NCBI GenBank assembly: GCA_012295275.1
Contig: CM022676.1
Coordinates: 5,642,001 to 5,706,000, forward strand
DNA length: 64,000 nt
Origin: Chrysomallon squamiferum
Lineage: Eukaryota; Animalia; Mollusca
Direction: 5' to 3'
Below the pieces are notes generated by a model. The model saw nothing but the letters and a program-made list of their open reading frames with translations. It was not told where the DNA came from and made no database searches. The translations under genes were made by a program, and so were the position numbers. Below are positions 57,861 through 64,000 of this stretch, one piece after another (position 1 is the first letter of the stretch; each line of letters begins with the position of its first letter).

Positions 57861-60145
57861 AAAAATTATATACATATATATACTCACATAAAAATAACAA
57901 TATAATTACGTAGAATCAGTATACATTTGAAAATACTTATTTATTTTTTTTATTTTTTTATTAATTTATTTATTTATTTATTTTGCATTATAGAAACTGA
58001 CATAATCGTTATATATATACACATACTTCCGTGTTCTTTCAATAACTGAAAATAAAAATAACATTACAGCGCTTAATATCGGTGTTTTTAGCAATTTACC
58101 TTACGACTTACGTAATTGCCGTTGTCAAAATACATCTTCTCAAGCGAGTTCTCGTTAATGAGCCTCTATCACCCAGACCTAACTAATTGCATTGTAAATC
58201 AGTTTGTTTGATGAAGACTTCAGCCAATAACACGCTCTGTTACAAAAGCTCATTATCTCTGATAAGTGGTAACCAGGGCCATTATGGAATTAGTTTCTGT
58301 GCGAGGTAAAGAAGAAGAAGAAAAAAATTCTATCTATGTGATGAGTGTAAATAATAACAGATAGTTTAGTGCATTGAAAAATATTGATGTCTCCAGTGAT
58401 GTCTTTTTGATCGATGGTAGAATTAGGAAAATATGGCAGATTGGTTTTTTTTTGGTGTGTGTTTTTTTTTTTATTATTATTATTTGGCTAAGAAAATAAA
58501 AGTGTCTGGTTTATAGGCTTCATTTTTATTGTTTTGGTGGGGTATTTTTTTCTTCCGAAGGATGATTTGTTGTTGATGAGTTAAATGAAAAAACAATTAG
58601 TGAAGTTAGGATTTTTTTATGTTATGTGTTTATTGATAGGTTATTAACTGAATGTGTCCAGGTTAGGATCAGGGATGTCTGGAACAGGTATCAGTAATGT
58701 TGTAGTAGAAGTGGTAGTAGTAGTAGTAGTAGTAGTAGTAGTATCTGTAATAGTAGTATTATAGTATAATAGTAGTAATAGAGTTAAAACAAGCAATGGT
58801 AATTGTAATAGCAGCAGTTTTAGTAGAAGTTGTAGTAGTTGCAGTAGTGGTGTTAGTAGTAGTACCAGTATCAGTAACAATTGTAGTGATACCATCAATA
58901 TATCAGAGCAGTGGTGGTGGCTACAATAGTTGAGGTAGCAATGGTGATAGTAGTAGTAGTAATAGTAGTAGTAGTAATAGTAGTAGCAGTAATGATTTTT
59001 AGTAGTAGTGATTGCTTTAATAGAAGTAGTGGTGGTTGTAGCAGCAGCAGTGGTAGTTGTAGTAAATTAAGTAAAAGCATCAGTTGCAGAGGAGATGACA
59101 TAAGCAATATTTGTAACAGCCTTTTATTTTTTATATATTTTTTATCTTGTTTATTTTTACAATCCTCAATCCATATTCCAGTCCACATTTTAACAACAAC
59201 CCTGACTGTAACATGTACACGCACTTCGATATAAGTATTTACATTAATACGAATCCCTGGTTCCATTTAAAAGGTGATTCAAAGTTTAAATCAAAGTCTG
59301 TGACAGTTTACATACAACAAGGTCACCGAAGTGCACTCATTTTTCTTCCTCCTTTTAAAAGAGTTCTGACACTGATGTATTAGATCAGCTGCTCCCATTG
59401 GTCCTTGCTCAGAGTTATGGCACCTAATAAGTAAAAGTTGTCTGCCCACTAAAAGGGGTCGCGACCTCTGATCGCTGAGCAAGGAGTGTGAGGTGAATAA
59501 AATGAAAGAAAAAAATTCAATATCGGCTGATGAGACTATCAATAAGGTTAACACCTCACAACATGCAAGATTTAATTAATGGTTTTTTTCATCTGTTTAT
59601 TTAATTTGTTAATTATGCTGGTGTTTGTCTTATTTGGTTTTAATTGTCCTTGGCAAACTCTGCAGTTCTTATTTCCTCCTTTATAATGTTTTATTGTCCA
59701 CTTCAGCGGTTTTATCTTTTATTGTAAATGTAATTGCTCTCATCGTCCATTAACCCTATTAAATAATTAATTTCCCCCAAAGCCATTCGTCAAGTCTCCA
59801 TAACTGTATACACCCTTAGTTTTACTTCCCTGCTTAAAACTCTCTCCTTTTCCCCATTTTGCTACTCCCTATCTCAAACATGGTGATGATAAAATCATTC
59901 CAAATCCATTTTTAATTTCGGTATTTACATTCTCTTCTGTTTTTATCTTCCGCTTTTCATTATTCTAGTTTCCATTTTCTCTCACATCTGTCTGTTCCAG
60001 TTTCTCTCATCTGTATCCCTCCCCCCCAGCCTAATTTTCTTCTTACCTATACTGAGTTTGCCATCAGTTCTTAATGCATTGTCAAAAATCATATCACCAC
60101 TTCTATTTCATCCTTAATTATGCTTCCTTATACCATTATTCTCTC

Positions 60146-60184
<39 letters not shown>

Positions 60185-60189
60185 ATCCC

Positions 60190-60290
<101 letters not shown>

Positions 60291-60311
60291 CTCTCTGTTT
60301 CTCTCTCTCTG

Positions 60312-60376
<65 letters not shown>

Positions 60377-60760
60377 CACTTTATCAAATGACCTCTGCTC
60401 CTAGTTGCATCCCCCCCATCCAAAGTCCTCTCTCCTCTGTCCTAAGATCCTATATATCTTTAATATATCCCCTCTCTCTTATCCCATTTTCACCCTTTCA
60501 TATCTCAAGGTACATACATACCCCCAACCCAAATTCCCTTTCCCCATCTCAAGTTCTCTCACTCCCCACACTATTTTTCTTGACTCTGTACCAAATTCCA
60601 GTTCCTTTATTTAAAATTCTCTATCCATATAAGAGGTTGCTCTTCCTTTGCCTCAAATTCCATGTATTTTACCCTCTTGCTATATCCCAATATTCCCTCT
60701 CTTCCCTCTGTACACCACAATGTTGATGTCAACATGTAAAAGTAAAGTGCGTGGACTCTG

Positions 60761-60821
<61 letters not shown>

Positions 60822-60961
60822 AACTGATCATTTCTGTCTACTTAGTGACAAGCAGCCCATCAGTTTATCACCAAATCAACATCCATCATTAGATTTGTGT
60901 CCCAGCTTTTCCAATCTCTTTCACTGACCCCTTGATCAGTTATTGGCTCTTGGACATTCAC

Positions 60962-61089
<128 letters not shown>

Positions 61090-61649
61090 AGAGAAAAAAA
61101 AAGAGAGATTTACAGAGACAGAGCAAGAGAGAGAGAGAGATTTACAGAGACAGAGAGCAAGAGAGAGAGACAGACAGAGAGCAAGAGAGAAGAGAGAGAG
61201 AGAGAGTAATCCATCTTGAGAGGTACCTACTCTGTGAGAAGCTTCAAATGAAAATTAGATATATTCTGCATCACACATCTTGCTTCTGCAGTTAAATCTG
61301 ATTTTCTCTACACAAATATCTTGACTACAGTTTTAATCTGAATCTTTGAGATGGTGGGTAATTTCGTTATCCCAGGCCCAATCAGTTTCTCTCCCCCCCC
61401 ACTTACACCCCCCTCCCCTGCCAGTCTTACTTAGTTAGGTGGGTGAGATAATGTCCCCTGGGGTTATTTGAACAGAGATTTTTTTTTTAGAGAATAACTA
61501 ATTTGGTTTGTGTATGTTATATTTGTGGTTTTTAGTGTTGGTATTTAGTGAAAATGTTTAATATGGTGGAAAACAATTTTTTTTTGTTTTGGAAGGCTTT
61601 GATTTTTAATCTGATGATGAAAATGTTAGTTTGGATATTTGTAACTCCT

Positions 61650-62205
61650 AATAATAGTTTCAGAGATTAATTTTTATATACATTCTAATAAACATAAATA
61701 CTTAAATAAAATAATAATAACAATAATAATAATACTAAACGTTGTCTGTGTGTGTGTGTGTATATTTATAAATATATATAGTATTATTATTATTGTTATT
61801 ATTATTTTATTTTATATTATATTTTAATATTAAGTATTTATTTTTTGTATATTTTCTCTGAAACTATGAAATAGCTGCCTTTAAAAAATAAATAAAATAA
61901 CCCAAAACTTTTCAACCTTTTCATCATCTCTGATTGTAATTTTTATTTAAAATATTTTTAATACATTTCAGTTTTTATTGTTTGTTTTTAATTATCTTTT
62001 TGTTTTTTTTTTTTTTTATTTTTTTTTTTTTTTGAGAAGATGCACAAAACATTTGAGATTTAGAATTATTTAAATATTTAATTTTTGGGGGATTTGCTTA
62101 ATTTTGTTGTGTTTTGCTTATTTTTTATTTTTATTTTTATTTTTATTTTTTTGGTTTTAATTTAATTTAATTTAATTTAATTTAATTTAATTTAATTTAT
62201 TATTT

Positions 62206-62245
<40 letters not shown>

Positions 62246-63440
62246 TTCTATTTTTATTTTTTTTACTGTCATTTTTATTTATACATTTGGAAAACAAGTG
62301 ATTTGATTTTGATCACCAGGTATTTTCTAGTTTCAGTTATAGTAAAAACAAAATGAATTCTTAGAAAAATTTTATATTCATGAGGAACAAAAAATGATAA
62401 TAACAACTTAGATTAAATAAAATATTCAATTTCTAATAAAAAAAAAAGTCTTATTAGGAAGTATTTCATATTCATCGAGTGTCCACAAAAATAACTAATA
62501 ATAAATAATAATAACTTTTATTTAATTTTACTAATTTAATAGATTAATGCTCAAAAATATGTTCTTACAAAAATATAAAATTTTAAAATAAAAACTAAAA
62601 AATAAATATATATATATTTTTTTTAAATAATAATAATAAAGAAAATATAATGATGATGATGATGATGATGATATATTCACAAAAAAAAAAAAAAAAATCT
62701 TAACCACAATAATAATAATTCAGAACAAATTAATATTCATTGGATTAAAAAAACAAATTAAAAATTACATAAAAGATTGTTTGTATTAATGTAACTCTTC
62801 TTCTTCTTCAAAATACATACATGTAAATTAAACAATTAAATAATTAAATTAAATTAAAAATATTTGTATAAATTCTCAAAAAAAAAAAAAAAAAGCAGAA
62901 AACAAACAAAATCTTTAACAATGAAAAAATAAAAATTAAATAAGTGATTAAATTTGTTTTAAAAATACAATAAGTAATTGAAAAGTAGTACAGTAAAATA
63001 AAATAAATTAATAAAATAAGCAATTTAAAAATGTAAAAATAATTAAATGAGTTAAAAATAAGGAATTTTGAATATTTTTAAAATAATATGATAAATAAAG
63101 TAAATAATCTAAAAATAAAATAGCATTAAAAAAATAAAAATAATAAAAAAAAAAGATATTCAAAAAAATAAAATAAGAAATTCAAAAACTGAAAATAACT
63201 AAATTAAGATTATAAAGCAATAAATAAAAATAAAGTAACAAATTAAAAAACAAAATAACCATTTCACAAAATCAAAATTACCATTTCAAAGAACAAAACA
63301 AGCAATTTAAAATAACAAAATAATACCAAAAAAAAAATTAATTTAAAAAAATAACAAAAATTTAAAAACAAGATAACCAATTTAACAAAAAAAAACACCA
63401 AAAAAACTCAAAAATTTAAAATTACAAAATTACTGTCGAC
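61650..63440. other. Extremely AT-rich low-complexity tract (T-skewed, then A-skewed)
   Basis: Almost no G/C, long poly-T/poly-A runs and (TTTAA)n. No ORF in the track. Confidence 0.8.
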
Positions 63441-64000
63441 TTTCCGAAAGATCAAACATCGTCAAAACAATAAAATACGTGCACCAACAACAACTACAAC
63501 ACCAGCAGCAACAATAATGAACATAAATTTTTTTTCTCCTTTAACCGGGAAGTTTTTCTTTTCTTAGGCAAAAAAGCGTGAACAAGTAAAGCATAGGTAA
63601 GCTGAGGCAATCTGTCGAAATGCTAATAAAATGGTTATGGATGTTGTGATGGGGAAACATGGAGGAATATGGTGGGTTTATAACTTCTTTTATCACGTCA
63701 GTGGATGTGTTTTTATTGGTGTGTGTTACAGTGTGAGTGTTTTTATGTTGTTGTGAGTACTTTATGAGAAGCAAAGCAAAAACTCTCTCTCTCTCTCTCT
63801 CCAGCTAGTCAATAGTTTCTGAGTAAGATGAGAGGCCTCATTTGGGTAATATCAAATTTTTTGTTTTGTTTTGTTTTGTTTTTAGGGTAAATTTGTATTT
63901 TGGTGATCAGGTAATGTAATGTGGTTTGTGTGTGTCTGTTTGTTTTATTTTTTTTTACTTTTTTGGTGTGTTTGTATGTGTGTATATGTGTGTTAGCTGT

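Noticed and set aside
61650-63440. AT-rich T-then-A skewed tract as replication origin or foldback element
   Set aside because: No specific inverted match verifiable by eye. Could equally be low-quality consensus.

Overview
AT-rich, microsatellite-saturated eukaryotic (invertebrate-like, possibly molluscan) DNA. Bases ~1-45.3 kb hold a gene cluster of six full-length paralogues (G1-G6) plus three fragments of one ~725-aa protein with an uninterrupted coding sequence. The protein has an N-terminal NERD-like PD-(D/E)xK nuclease domain (QxK variant) fused to an SF1/Schlafen-like P-loop helicase. G1 and G3 are intact. G2, G4, G5 and G6 are split only by 1-nt deletions in homopolymer runs. The cluster is a tail-to-tail mirror (G1,G2,fragA,G3 on +; G4,fragB,G5,G6 on -) around a ~4.6-kb satellite-rich spacer. 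Amino-acid changes concentrate next to the nuclease active site, paralogues are mosaics, a 13-codon linker motif is amplified to ~12 copies in two fragments, and a non-coding upstream module is tandemly amplified. This fits a rapidly evolving nuclease-helicase family, possibly an innate-immunity locus (inference). Bases ~46-64 kb are non-coding and low-complexity, with a CpG-rich candidate first exon near 49.5-49.8 kb. Almost all other ORFs in the track are microsatellite translations.
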